A stretch of 64,000 nt of DNA from NCBI GenBank assembly GCA_023379265.1, contig JAMCUI010000019.1, forward strand, positions 9,233-73,232, written 5' to 3'. Positions 51,873 through 61,908 of this stretch are shown piece after piece. This stretch comes from Patescibacteria group bacterium (lineage in GTDB: Bacteria > Patescibacteriota > Microgenomatia > 2-02-FULL-39-11). Made by a program: the position numbers and the translations under genes. Each line of letters opens with the position of its first letter. Position 1 is the first letter of the stretch. The notes beneath the pieces were generated by a model, which made no database searches, was not told the DNA's origin, and saw only the letters and a program-made list of their open reading frames with translations.

Positions 51873-51919
51873 CAAGCAGTGAAGATAATTTTTGATTACG
51901 CAAATTCTAAAGATGATCT
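51873..51919 (+). promoter_or_regulatory. Conserved upstream motif, degenerate copy (AAGCAGTGAAGATAATTTTTGATTACGCAAATTCTAAAGATGATCTC)
   Basis: Aligns with the 43273 and 56113 copies. It lies about 85 nt upstream of the DegT aminotransferase gene. Confidence 0.3.
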
Positions 51920-52002
51920 CAATCCTTAAAGGTTTCTTCAGGTCGGTGTAGTGTTTACAGCTTATGTTTGGATGATGTAATTTATTTATATTTGTGGTAG
52001 AA

Positions 52003-53199
52003 ATGAAAACAATGATTCCGGTGTTTAATATCAAAAGACAAAATAAGGAAATAGGGGAGAAGCTGAAGAAAGAAATTGAAAAGGTAGTGGAAGGCGGACT
52101 TTATATATTGGGGCCGAACGTGGGTGAATTTGAGAAAGGATTTGCCAGATATTTGGGCGTGAAATATGCCGTGGGTGTAGCCTCTGGTACAGACGCTTTG
52201 TCTTTGGCGCTTTTGGCCTGTGGAGTGAATCCGGATGATGAGGTAATACTTCCGGCCAACTCTTATCCTTCCTCTTTTGCCATAACCGCAATTGGTGCAA
52301 TACCAAAACTGGTTGATATAGAAAAAGATACTTTTAATATTCGCCCATCCCAGATTTCCCGTGTAATTACTAAAAAGGCAAAAGCAATAATGCCTGTACA
52401 CCTTTATGGCCAGCCGGCAGATATGGATAAGATTATGGTGATAGCCAGAAAATATAACCTGAAAGTTGTGGAAGATTGCGCGCAGGCGCATGGAGCAATG
52501 GTGAAGGTAATGAATAAGGAATTAAGAATTGAGAATTATGGGAGGGGGAATGAAAAAAGTAATCAAAGCGCCTTGGAAAATTGGAAGAAGGTTGGAACTA
52601 TAGGCGATGTCGGTTGTTTCAGTTTTTACCCGACCAAAAATCTGGGGGCTTTTGGGGACGGGGGAATGGTGGTGACAAATAATCCCGATATTTATGAAAA
52701 ACTGAAGCTCTTGAGAATGTATGGAGAAAAAGGGCGTTATAACAGTATTTTGGTTGGAAGAAACAGTAGGCTGGATGAACTACAGGCAGCAATTTTACTT
52801 GTAAAGTTAAAGTATTTGGATAAATGGGATGAGAGAAGAAGAGAAATTGCGAGATTATATTTTTCTTTATTTGAAGAAGAAGCCGTAAAGGCAAAAGTGG
52901 TTTTACCTTACGGGGCCTCAAACGTTTGGCACGTCTATCATCTCTTTGTAATCAGGATCAAAAAGAGAAGCGAACTGAAGAAATATCTGGAAAAATATGG
53001 TATTCAAACTGCAATACATTATCCTGTGCCGATACATTTATCTCCATCTATGAGATTTTTGGGATACATGGAAGGTGATTTTCCTGAAAGTGAAAGCGCC
53101 GCGGAAGAAGTGTTGTCCTTGCCAATGTTTCCTGAATTGGCAGATGAAGAAGTCAAAAAAGTGGCCCAGGCTGTAATAAAGTTTTATGAAAAGTCATAA
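52003..53199 (+). CDS. DegT/DnrJ/EryC1/StrS-family PLP-dependent sugar aminotransferase (ArnB-like)
   Basis: PLP-lysine motif CFSFYPTKNLGAFGDGGMVVTN. ATG at 52003 (ORF track: GTG at 51994). An insertion of about 30 aa precedes the Lys motif. Confidence 0.85.
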   Translation: MKTMIPVFNIKRQNKEIGEKLKKEIEKVVEGGLYILGPNVGEFEKGFARYLGVKYAVGVASGTDALSLALLACGVNPDDEVILPANSYPSSFAITAIGAIPKLVDIEKDTFNIRPSQISRVITKKAKAIMPVHLYGQPADMDKIMVIARKYNLKVVEDCAQAHGAMVKVMNKELRIENYGRGNEKSNQSALENWKKVGTIGDVGCFSFYPTKNLGAFGDGGMVVTNNPDIYEKLKLLRMYGEKGRYNSILVGRNSRLDELQAAILLVKLKYLDKWDERRREIARLYFSLFEEEAVKAKVVLPYGASNVWHVYHLFVIRIKKRSELKKYLEKYGIQTAIHYPVPIHLSPSMRFLGYMEGDFPESESAAEEVLSLPMFPELADEEVKKVAQAVIKFYEKS

Positions 53200-53253
53200 A
53201 CGATTGGTAAAAATACGATATCAGCAAAGAGTTTCCTTCACTATCTGAAAAGT

Positions 53254-55533
53254 TTGCCTAATGGCTTTAAAAGTGGTAAAAAAAGCCAGTTACTTTTCCT
53301 GCCTTTTGACAGATTGTATTCCAATCAGAGTAGGATATTTCAATTTCTCTTCAGGTTGTGGCCGTTTATTTTTATCCTTGTCTTTGCAGGGTTAATGCTG
53401 GGTAAAGGAGTGTTTCCGCCTGCCGGGAAATATATATACGGGTATGACGTGGAAGCCGGAATTTTCTATAGCAAGTCATATTTTGCAAATTCTATAAAAC
53501 AAGGGAAAATACCGTTTTGGGATCCGTATACCTTTGGTGGCGTTCCCTTTTTAGCCAACCCGGGACTGGCAGCGTTTTACCCTCCAAACTGGCTGTTTCC
53601 TGTTCTGCCGTTTGGGATAGCTTTGTCTCTTTACTATTTTTTCCATTTATTTCTTGCTACGGTAGGTGCTTATTGGCTGATGAGGAAAAGGAAGTATGAC
53701 AAATTGTCATCTCTTGCTTCCGGATTAGTTTTTGGCATGTCGGGGATGATGTTTGCCAGGATATTTTTGGGACATGTCGAATATGTTGCCTCAATATCAT
53801 ATATACCCGTTATCTTTGGCGCCGTTATGGAAATTTCCGAAAATAATCGCAGAAGATATTTAGCTTTAGGTATCATCTCCTTGACGCTTCAAATGTTGTC
53901 GGGGAACCCGGTGGTGGTTTTTTTTACACTTGAACTGGCAGGTTTATACATCATTTTTGACATACTTACGTCAATTATTATCGACCGCAAACGGAAAAAG
54001 AGATGGAAGTATTATCTCCTGAAGGTCTTATTGCCGGTTTTGGTTATTCTTGTTGCCGCAGGACTCAGCTCAATTCAGATAATCCCTACAATACAGCTGT
54101 CGTGGGAGACTATACGCAGCGGGGGATTGGCGTATATGACTGCAGCAGGAGGATCGCTTTTAACCGGAATGCTCCAAATGCTTTTTGCGCCTTACAGTTG
54201 GGGGAACCCTTTTATACTAAACGGCAATTATTACGGACCCTGGCCCAATTTTTTTGAATTTACTTATTTTGTAGGGAAAATTGCTATTCTGTTGGGAATA
54301 TTTGCTTTTACCCAAAGCGTATTTTATGCAGTCAAGGAGAAAAGGGCCAACCGTCTGACGGTATTTAGCGTCGCTTCGCTTATCTTTTTCATTGCCATGT
54401 CACTTGGACAGAATTTCTGGCTGTTCAAAATTTTTTATGATATTGTGCCTTTTTTCAGTTCATTCCGTATTCCGGTTCGCCACATGATTATTGTAGTTTT
54501 CCTCCTGTCTATTCTTTCCGGAATTGGAATGGCAAAAATAAAATACCCTTTTTTACAGCTTTTGGTTTTTGTCATTCTTGTTGTCGAGCTTTACATTTTC
54601 CACTTGCCGTTTATTCGCATAGCCAGTTTGCCTACAGCCGGCAATGACCCCAAAATCTTTGACATAGTAAAAAAAGACAGTGATATTTCAAGGCTTTACC
54701 TGCATTACCAGACATGGAATGATACCAGAAAAACTTTGGATTTTGACAGCGGGCCTTTCTATAAGATACAGATGGTGGGAGGTTACGGACCGGTTATTCT
54801 GAATAATTATTATAGGTTTATAGATCTTGCAAGGGGAGAGACGAAAGATAGATCCACGATTGCCCAATTTCCGGTGGAGCTGCCGCCGATACCTTCCCAG
54901 TCAAGCATATTGGATTTCCTTAATGTGAAGTATTTATTTATACCTTCCTATATTCAGGATATAGGAGGTAACTATGATAATAAACTGTCTCTCGTTTATA
55001 AGGAAAAGTGGTCGCAGGATGCGTTGTATGTAAACAATAAATCCTTTCAGCGTTTTTTTCTTGTGCCGAAGATAGAGGTGTATCCGGCGGGCAGTATCGG
55101 CAAAATATTAGTAGAAGAAAAAAAGAATTTATCAAAAATGGTCTTATACGGTAATCAGGATGGTAGTTATCCTTCACAACAACCGGACTGTTCTGACAAT
55201 CAAAACCCGGGTACCGTATCAATAAAGGAATACAGCGCTGAAATAATAGTCCTTTCAGTTAATGCAAATTGCAATAGCATTCTCTCCTCAAGCGAAGTGT
55301 ATTTTCCCGGTTGGCAGGCTACAATTGATGGTAGACAGACAAGAATTTATGAAAGCAACTTGGCCTTTAGGTCAATTTTTATACCTCAGGGAAGACATGG
55401 GATAGTCATGTATTATAATCCGCAAGTGTTTTATGTCGGAGGAGTAATTTCTGTATTTTCACTGTTTATTTATATGGTATTATTGAGAATTATTCCGGAT
55501 AAAGGGGGTAGAGATGATAAGAAAGATGTATAA
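53254..55533 (+). CDS. YfhO-like GT-C membrane protein (tentative)
   Basis: N-terminal YGYDVEAGIFYSKSYFANSIKQGKIPFWDPYTFGGVPFL, compared with the YfhO N-terminal pattern D.G.QY..F....R..L..G.......G...Y..SP. About 13 TM helices plus a C-terminal beta-rich domain. TTG start. Confidence 0.45.
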   Translation: MPNGFKSGKKSQLLFLPFDRLYSNQSRIFQFLFRLWPFIFILVFAGLMLGKGVFPPAGKYIYGYDVEAGIFYSKSYFANSIKQGKIPFWDPYTFGGVPFLANPGLAAFYPPNWLFPVLPFGIALSLYYFFHLFLATVGAYWLMRKRKYDKLSSLASGLVFGMSGMMFARIFLGHVEYVASISYIPVIFGAVMEISENNRRRYLALGIISLTLQMLSGNPVVVFFTLELAGLYIIFDILTSIIIDRKRKKRWKYYLLKVLLPVLVILVAAGLSSIQIIPTIQLSWETIRSGGLAYMTAAGGSLLTGMLQMLFAPYSWGNPFILNGNYYGPWPNFFEFTYFVGKIAILLGIFAFTQSVFYAVKEKRANRLTVFSVASLIFFIAMSLGQNFWLFKIFYDIVPFFSSFRIPVRHMIIVVFLLSILSGIGMAKIKYPFLQLLVFVILVVELYIFHLPFIRIASLPTAGNDPKIFDIVKKDSDISRLYLHYQTWNDTRKTLDFDSGPFYKIQMVGGYGPVILNNYYRFIDLARGETKDRSTIAQFPVELPPIPSQSSILDFLNVKYLFIPSYIQDIGGNYDNKLSLVYKEKWSQDALYVNNKSFQRFFLVPKIEVYPAGSIGKILVEEKKNLSKMVLYGNQDGSYPSQQPDCSDNQNPGTVSIKEYSAEIIVLSVNANCNSILSSSEVYFPGWQATIDGRQTRIYESNLAFRSIFIPQGRHGIVMYYNPQVFYVGGVISVFSLFIYMVLLRIIPDKGGRDDKKDV

Positions 55534-56083
55534 GAAAGATGCTATAAGGGTGGCAGGGATTCATCAAAGAGAATTGTCCGGTTTCCTGCCGGAATTGGGA
55601 ATAGAGTTCCTACAGGCTTTTTATGAAACATCATTAAATATCCCAGAGATGTTTACATATATTCATCTTCAGAATGAACAAATTTCCGGATTCGTCAGCG
55701 GAATAAATACCGTCAACGGGTTGAATAAAAGATTGATATCACGTAATCCGAAAGCCTTTATTTTGCCACTTTTGAGGTTTTTTCTTACTCATCCCATGCG
55801 GACTGTCAAATTAGTCAAAACCTTCTCCTATCCGGGGTTCACAGGCGATATCCCAGAGTTATTATCTATCGCCGTAGATGGTAGGTGGCAACGGAGGGGT
55901 ATTGGTAAGAAGCTTTTTTTCACGACTGTTGATGAGTTTAAAAAAAGAGGGATTAAAAAATTCAGAATTAGTGTATATGACAGATTATCCGCAAATGAGT
56001 TTTACCGGAAAATCGGCTGCAGGTTTGAAACCTCATTTACTTTCCTGGGGGAGAAGATGAATTATTATTTATACAAGATTTGA
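55514..56083 (+). CDS. GNAT-family N-acetyltransferase
   Basis: Acetyl-CoA-binding motif IAVDGRWQRRGIGKKLF. Confidence 0.7.
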   Translation: MIRKMYKKDAIRVAGIHQRELSGFLPELGIEFLQAFYETSLNIPEMFTYIHLQNEQISGFVSGINTVNGLNKRLISRNPKAFILPLLRFFLTHPMRTVKLVKTFSYPGFTGDIPELLSIAVDGRWQRRGIGKKLFFTTVDEFKKRGIKKFRISVYDRLSANEFYRKIGCRFETSFTFLGEKMNYYLYKI

Positions 56084-56112
56084 TCGCTTAATTCTAATTT
56101 AAGGATCTGTAT

Positions 56113-56153
56113 AAGCTGCTCGGAGTGAATTTTTTTCTTCGTAAGGATAGGAG
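56113..56153 (+). promoter_or_regulatory. Conserved upstream motif copy 2 (AAGCTGCTCGGAGTGAATTTTTTTCTTCGTAAGGATAGGAGA), ending 8 nt before the ATG at 56162
   Basis: Near-identical to 43273-43316. It contains the RBS of the downstream gene. Confidence 0.4.
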
Positions 56154-56161
56154 ATTGAAAG

Positions 56162-57952
56162 ATGCTAAAAAAACTTTTTTTATTAATTCCTGAAAAATTA
56201 GTAATTGCGGTAGAATTGGGGCTTATTGGCCTTTTTCTGTATTGGCACTGGCGGCTTGGCATGATGCGCTTTTTTGACATAGATGAATTTGCCCATCTCC
56301 ACTGGACTCATGATCTTTTTACGGGTCTTCGACCCTATACTGATTTTTTCTATTTTATCCCTCCTCTTTATCTTTTTGCCTTACTCCCCTTATTTTTTAT
56401 TTCGGGAAGGAGTGCGGCAATTTTTTTCCTGGGGCGGGGACTAGCTTTTGGCATATTTTTCGTTGTTTGTTTACTCTTGTTTTTATTGGTAAGAAAAGTA
56501 AGGGATAGCAGGGTAGCGCTATTATCGGTTTTGGTCTTGTCGTTTTTGCCCATACCTGCAGATAAATGGATAGAAATAAGACCGGACGGTCTGGCAATCC
56601 TCTTTGGAATGGTAGGAATGCTATTTTTGGTGAAAGGACTGAAGGATAAAAATAATACCCACTTTTTTATATCGGGACTTTTTTACTCATTGGGAGTTTT
56701 GGTCTTGCCGAAGATAGTTTTCTGGGCTTTTTGCGCAGCTTTCATAATTGCGATTTATCTTTTCATAAACCAGAAAAAAATAAAGGCCGGAAATTTTATA
56801 AAGTACCTTTTCGATTTATTTACCAGGTTCAAATGGCTGAAACTGTTTATTTTAGGAGTTTCCATACCCATAGTTCTTGTAGTAGCTCTTTTTATATATT
56901 TTGGCGATCCGGGAAAGGCTTTTTACCTTTCGACAAAGGTGGCTACCGATGCCACAAAAGTTCTGGGGAACAAGTTTCCCATCCCCCCCAATTTCCTTTT
57001 TTATCCAAATGATGTCTATTATGGGGCTCCGGGGGAAAGCTGGCCGTGGAAGATGAACCTTTTCGTCTGGATTGCAGCGGCAGTTTTTGCGATTATAAAG
57101 TTGGTATCTTTTCTGGATCGGGAAACTATTGAAGAGGGTCTTTCCCAGCTTCTTCTTGCCTTATCTTTTCTTCTTTACCTGGTTGCCTATATTTATATTT
57201 TTCCGCTTCGGCACGAACAGTATCTATTGCCGGCTTCAGTATTTGTAGCCTTTTACTTTGCCGATTTTGTCATTTCTTTATTTAGAAATTTAATGAGGCG
57301 GTGGAGAAGGGTAGGGGCTGCGTTTGGTGTAGGAGTGTTTATAGCTGTTTTGGGGTTGGTGTTTTGGTCGGGAAAGGATATGTATGACTGGAAGTTGCGC
57401 TGGTCAAGCCTGGACGTTTCTTTTTATAACCATCTTTTTTCACTTATACCCAAAAATGAAAAAGTTTTTGACCTGACGGGGGAAGCCATTTTTTCGCCAG
57501 ACGGATATTATTTCTGTTGTATACCGTATGGTCAGTATGACGAGGCGCTGCAGTTTCAATACCCGGATCTTGAAGCCGATTTGAGAAAGCAGAATGTGCA
57601 TTTTGTCTATATGCAGAGGGAAAACAGGATTTTTGTCCTGCCTGCTGAGCAGCAAAAAGTCATAAGACAGTACTATACGATATATCCAGATGGCAACCCT
57701 CCATACTTGTTGGTTTCCGGGGCACTGGTGAGCTTCTCCTATGCGGGGCAGCCGCAGGATTTTAACCTGATCGCATCGGGGAATTATGACCTTTTCTGGA
57801 ATTACCAAAAACTGACAGGTGGGCAAACCTCACGGATGGTAAAGATTGATGGTAAAATAGTGACGCAAAACCCTGTTTATTTATCGGCCGGAGAACATAC
57901 AATTGTGGTAAATTCATCGGCGGGGTTGATGAAACTGATGTATTCTTTTTAA
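56162..57952 (+). CDS. ArnT/PMT-like GT-C membrane glycosyltransferase
   Basis: First-loop FDIDEFAHLHW DE motif and about 12 TM helices. Confidence 0.5.
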   Translation: MLKKLFLLIPEKLVIAVELGLIGLFLYWHWRLGMMRFFDIDEFAHLHWTHDLFTGLRPYTDFFYFIPPLYLFALLPLFFISGRSAAIFFLGRGLAFGIFFVVCLLLFLLVRKVRDSRVALLSVLVLSFLPIPADKWIEIRPDGLAILFGMVGMLFLVKGLKDKNNTHFFISGLFYSLGVLVLPKIVFWAFCAAFIIAIYLFINQKKIKAGNFIKYLFDLFTRFKWLKLFILGVSIPIVLVVALFIYFGDPGKAFYLSTKVATDATKVLGNKFPIPPNFLFYPNDVYYGAPGESWPWKMNLFVWIAAAVFAIIKLVSFLDRETIEEGLSQLLLALSFLLYLVAYIYIFPLRHEQYLLPASVFVAFYFADFVISLFRNLMRRWRRVGAAFGVGVFIAVLGLVFWSGKDMYDWKLRWSSLDVSFYNHLFSLIPKNEKVFDLTGEAIFSPDGYYFCCIPYGQYDEALQFQYPDLEADLRKQNVHFVYMQRENRIFVLPAEQQKVIRQYYTIYPDGNPPYLLVSGALVSFSYAGQPQDFNLIASGNYDLFWNYQKLTGGQTSRMVKIDGKIVTQNPVYLSAGEHTIVVNSSAGLMKLMYSF

Positions 57953-57971
57953 TTGTTCATTTTTTCTGTTT

Positions 57972-58346
57972 ATGCTGAAAAATTATATTATCATACTTTT
58001 GACAATCTGCATCTCTGTCATTGCCCAGACGCTTTTGAAAACCGGGATGAAGGAGATAGGAACGGTTGAAAGTCTGTCACTTGAAAAAATTATTCCTCTT
58101 GCGATAAAGATGGGTACAAATGTTTTTGTCCTGGCGGGTCTTTCGCTTTACGGAATAGGTACTTTTTTTTGGCTTATTCTTCTTTCCCGACTTGATTTGT
58201 CATTTCTTTATCCTTTTGGTACGTTGCAATACTTTTTTATCTTTATTGTTTCATATCTGGTTTTTGGTGAGGATATAAAACTGGCCAGAATTGTGGGTGT
58301 GTCAATCATACTCGTGGGGATTTTTATAATAAGCAAGTTTGGGTGA
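57972..58346 (+). CDS. Small 4-TM DMT/EamA-like protein (ArnE/ArnF- or GtrA-like candidate lipid-linked sugar flippase)
   Basis: 124 aa with 4 predicted TM helices. The N-terminal ISVIAQTLLKTG pattern resembles ArnF. Confidence 0.45.
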   Translation: MLKNYIIILLTICISVIAQTLLKTGMKEIGTVESLSLEKIIPLAIKMGTNVFVLAGLSLYGIGTFFWLILLSRLDLSFLYPFGTLQYFFIFIVSYLVFGEDIKLARIVGVSIILVGIFIISKFG

Positions 58347-58355
58347 AACTTTAAT

Positions 58356-59960
58356 GTGAAGCGCAGATTTGAATACATTTCTGTCTTTTTCCTTTCTTTC
58401 CTGACTGTCCTTTTTATAGAGTTGCAGTTTATAGTAGACGCCGTAAGAACTCCCAAAAACACCTTTTATCTGGGTACGGTGCACTGGCCGCCGGACTATT
58501 TTTACTACCTGTCTCAATTTATTCAGGGAAAGTCCCATGTTTTGTCTTCGACAATACTTTATACCGGAGAGAGATTACCTCTTACGGTAATAGGCTGGCA
58601 AAACGTCTTGGCAGGCAGGATACTGACCGGAATACTTGGGCTTCAGGTTATATTGACTTACCAGATTACGGTTGTTCTTTTCCTTTCATTTTTCCTTATT
58701 TTGGCGTACCGTTTGCTTTTGGAGATATTTCCAAAAGAAGCCGGTAAAAGGATGCTTTCCTTTTTCTTTTTCGTCACAAGTACATCAATGCCTCTTTTTT
58801 CCGGATCTCTAAAAACAGGATTAAAACTGTCTTTCTATAACTATTGGTACAATACCGGCAATATATTTGACCGCCTGGGGCCGGCCCCGAACCATCTTCT
58901 TGCCAGTGCTTTTATGGCAGCAGGGTTTCTCCTATCGGCTTTGTTAGTAAAGTCCAACAATAGTGGAGGGAAAAGGAAAAAAATTCTTGCCGGTCTAAGT
59001 GTCTGCGGACTATTACTTGCAAGCATATCGCCGGTGGAGTGGGGACTTTTGGTAGCAGCAGTTTTTGGAGCAGCTTTTATATACCAGAGGAAAAGATTCC
59101 AACCTTACTATTTTGCGCCTTTTATAGCGCTTTTCCTATCCGGATTGCCTTTGGCAGTCTATGTCAAATATATTTTTTACCAGGAGCCATACGTAAAATC
59201 GTCCCTTTGGGAGGCGACACAACAGCTTGCTATGACTCCGTATGCTCTTTTTATGGGTAGCGGGCTTGTGATCATTTTTGCGCTTATTGGGGGATGGGCT
59301 TTTTTCAGAAAAACAACTTTTGAGAGGTTGGCTGGATTATTTCTTATTGCTATATCCGCCTTTTTTTACTTTTCTCCAACTCCAGACAAGCTGGGATTGA
59401 CTAATGCCAGGTTTTGGCCCCCAGCAATTTATATATTTATAGCAGCTGGAGCTGCTCAAGGAGTATTCCAGATTTATCAAAGATTTTCTAAACATCAGAA
59501 GATAATACTTATTTTTCTTATTATTATATATTTATTTACTATTATCCCTTCTGATTTAGCCCAACAGAGGGAGGAGGTTTTGGTGTCCCGCGCGGGAAAC
59601 GCTTTTTATTATATTCCTTCAGATGCTTACGGTGCCTATATAAAGACGATGGAGATGACCGTCCCAAATGATATAATTCTTGCCCAGTGGCCTTTTAATG
59701 AATCTTTTCCGGCTTTGACTGGCAGGAAGTCGTTTTTTGGCTATAATCTCTATACGATAAATTCAGCCCAAAAAGAAAAAGACATTTTTGCTTTTTTTGA
59801 CGGAAAAATGAGCCCGGAGGAAGTGAAAAATATGCTTGCGGGATATAAAATAGATTATATACTGGGATATCCGTGGATTGCTAAAATAGATTCTTATCCG
59901 TTTCTGAAGAAAGTATTCCAGAATAATATATTAGCACTGTATAAAGTGTTAGCCAATTAA
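58356..59960 (+). CDS. Polytopic membrane protein, paralog family A
   Basis: LGTVHWPPDYFYYLSQFIQGK and ...FFGYNLYTINSAQKEKDIFAFFDGKMSPEEVKNML..IDYILGY. GTG start. Confidence 0.5.
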   Translation: MKRRFEYISVFFLSFLTVLFIELQFIVDAVRTPKNTFYLGTVHWPPDYFYYLSQFIQGKSHVLSSTILYTGERLPLTVIGWQNVLAGRILTGILGLQVILTYQITVVLFLSFFLILAYRLLLEIFPKEAGKRMLSFFFFVTSTSMPLFSGSLKTGLKLSFYNYWYNTGNIFDRLGPAPNHLLASAFMAAGFLLSALLVKSNNSGGKRKKILAGLSVCGLLLASISPVEWGLLVAAVFGAAFIYQRKRFQPYYFAPFIALFLSGLPLAVYVKYIFYQEPYVKSSLWEATQQLAMTPYALFMGSGLVIIFALIGGWAFFRKTTFERLAGLFLIAISAFFYFSPTPDKLGLTNARFWPPAIYIFIAAGAAQGVFQIYQRFSKHQKIILIFLIIIYLFTIIPSDLAQQREEVLVSRAGNAFYYIPSDAYGAYIKTMEMTVPNDIILAQWPFNESFPALTGRKSFFGYNLYTINSAQKEKDIFAFFDGKMSPEEVKNMLAGYKIDYILGYPWIAKIDSYPFLKKVFQNNILALYKVLAN

Positions 59961-60025
59961 AAAGTCTATATTTTTCCGAAATAATAACTAAGGAAAGATA
60001 GAGTGGCACTGTATATCGGTAGTAT

Positions 60026-61828
60026 ATGAAAAGTAAGAAAAGAATAATTCTCTTAATACTCACAGTTTTGATACTTGTACCCCTTGTTATTCCGGTTTTT
60101 ACCCCTTATGTATTGGGTACGGCAGACGGTTTGGCGCATAAGTTCAGGCTTGTTTCTTTTGAACACTCGTTAAGAGAAGGGTACTTGCGTCCCCGCTGGT
60201 TAGCCGATCAGGCGTTGGGGTACGGTTCTCCGATTTTCATCTTCAATTATTTGATGCCTTACTATAGTATCGCGGTAGTTAATCTTTTTGGACTGACAGT
60301 AAACCTGTCAACACAGGTTTTTATTGCAGCAACAATTCTTCTATCCTTTTTCTTTATGTTCCTTTTGGGTAGAAAGCTGTGGGGGACAAATGCTGGGTTG
60401 GTCGCAGGAGGTGTATATGCCTGGGCCCCTTACCACCTTCTGACAATTTTCCTTTATGAAGGATGGGGAGAATTTACCGCTTTTGTTTTCCCGCCACTAC
60501 TTTTATTTCTGATACTAAAAATCAGAGATTTATGGGAGAAATGTGGTGTAAAAGCCGGAAAAACCAGATATATACCGGAAGAGATGGGGAAACCACTTAT
60601 GTTTTATCTGGTCATGACTGTTTTTTCCTGGTTTCTTTTTATTCTGACTCATAACGTATCTGCGCTCCTGTTCTCGCCCCTATTGCTTTTCCTTTCATTT
60701 GTAGCTGCAGATTTTCGGCTTTTCAAACCATTTCTTCTGACAGTTTATGCTTTTCTCACTACTGTTTTTCTGGGCGCATTTTTCTGGTTGCCGGCAATTT
60801 CCATGGATAACCTGACTGCATATCCGCAGCTTATGGCAAAAGAGATGGAGATCCGGGGATCGTACTTTAAGTCTTTCTATACGCTTTTATCCGTGGCTTT
60901 TTCTACTATAAGGAGCGGATCTGCAGGATATTACGATTTTACCATTGGCCTGCCAATAATAGTTGTTTTTGTTGTCGGATTGGCATTTATTATCAGATAT
61001 TTGGTGAAATTATTCAAAACATCAAAAATTCAAATGCCAAAAATAGCCAATGAATTAGTCAAAGTAGTGACGGGGAGAGAAAAGTTAGTGATTTGGCTGT
61101 TTGTAATTTTATTTGGTTCTCTTTATTTATCCAACCATGCGTCAAATCTGCTTTGGGACATTCCACTTTTTAGGTTTATAGTCTATCCGTTCCGCTTCCT
61201 TTTCCCGGCCACTTTTGCCGGAAGTCTGCTCGCCGGATGGATTGGCCGCAAAAATAACCTTATTGCTATTACGTTTATACTTTTGGCTATAGTTGCCGGA
61301 AGACCCTATACTAATCCCGCAATAGACAAATTTCCCTTTTCCGACGGCTATTTCCAAAAGGTGCAGACCGTTTTCCATCCTCCTGGAACCCTGAAGAATA
61401 TGGCAACCAGGGAATTCCTGCCTCAAGGAGCTGATCTTTCGTTCCTGCAAAATGTGCAGGATGAGTATCTCACTTCAGGCAAATTGCCGCAAAAATTTGT
61501 CTTTACACAAGGTTCGGGGGAAGTGTTATCGGAGGATATTAAAGCTGAAAGAATGCAAGTTGTTGTTGCTTCCAAAAGTCAAAGTCAGTTGACGGTCAAT
61601 GCTTTTTATTTTCCCGACTGGTATGTCTTTGTCGATGGAAAACAATCGGTGCTTGATCGGGACCAATATGGGCGGATGAGAGTGTGGTTATCAGGTGGAA
61701 GGCATGATATCTTATTTGTGTTTGGGGTAAGCAATATTGAGAAAGTGGGTGACGCAATTTCGATATTGGGAGTCATATTTTTAGCCGGATCGGTTTATTA
61801 TTTGTGGAGAAAAAGTAAGTTGAATTAA
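60026..61828 (+). CDS. YfhO-like GT-C membrane protein (tentative)
   Basis: N-terminal GTADGLAHKFRLVSFEHSLREGYLRPRWLADQALGYGSPIFIFNYLMPYY fits the YfhO N-terminal pattern. Confidence 0.45.
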   Translation: MKSKKRIILLILTVLILVPLVIPVFTPYVLGTADGLAHKFRLVSFEHSLREGYLRPRWLADQALGYGSPIFIFNYLMPYYSIAVVNLFGLTVNLSTQVFIAATILLSFFFMFLLGRKLWGTNAGLVAGGVYAWAPYHLLTIFLYEGWGEFTAFVFPPLLLFLILKIRDLWEKCGVKAGKTRYIPEEMGKPLMFYLVMTVFSWFLFILTHNVSALLFSPLLLFLSFVAADFRLFKPFLLTVYAFLTTVFLGAFFWLPAISMDNLTAYPQLMAKEMEIRGSYFKSFYTLLSVAFSTIRSGSAGYYDFTIGLPIIVVFVVGLAFIIRYLVKLFKTSKIQMPKIANELVKVVTGREKLVIWLFVILFGSLYLSNHASNLLWDIPLFRFIVYPFRFLFPATFAGSLLAGWIGRKNNLIAITFILLAIVAGRPYTNPAIDKFPFSDGYFQKVQTVFHPPGTLKNMATREFLPQGADLSFLQNVQDEYLTSGKLPQKFVFTQGSGEVLSEDIKAERMQVVVASKSQSQLTVNAFYFPDWYVFVDGKQSVLDRDQYGRMRVWLSGGRHDILFVFGVSNIEKVGDAISILGVIFLAGSVYYLWRKSKLN

Positions 61829-61908
61829 TTGGAAGCTATTCTCAGAGAAGATTTTCACCTGCTTCGTATCTTCCTGATGAAGTAAAGGTTTCAAAGAGAA
61901 TTAAATTA

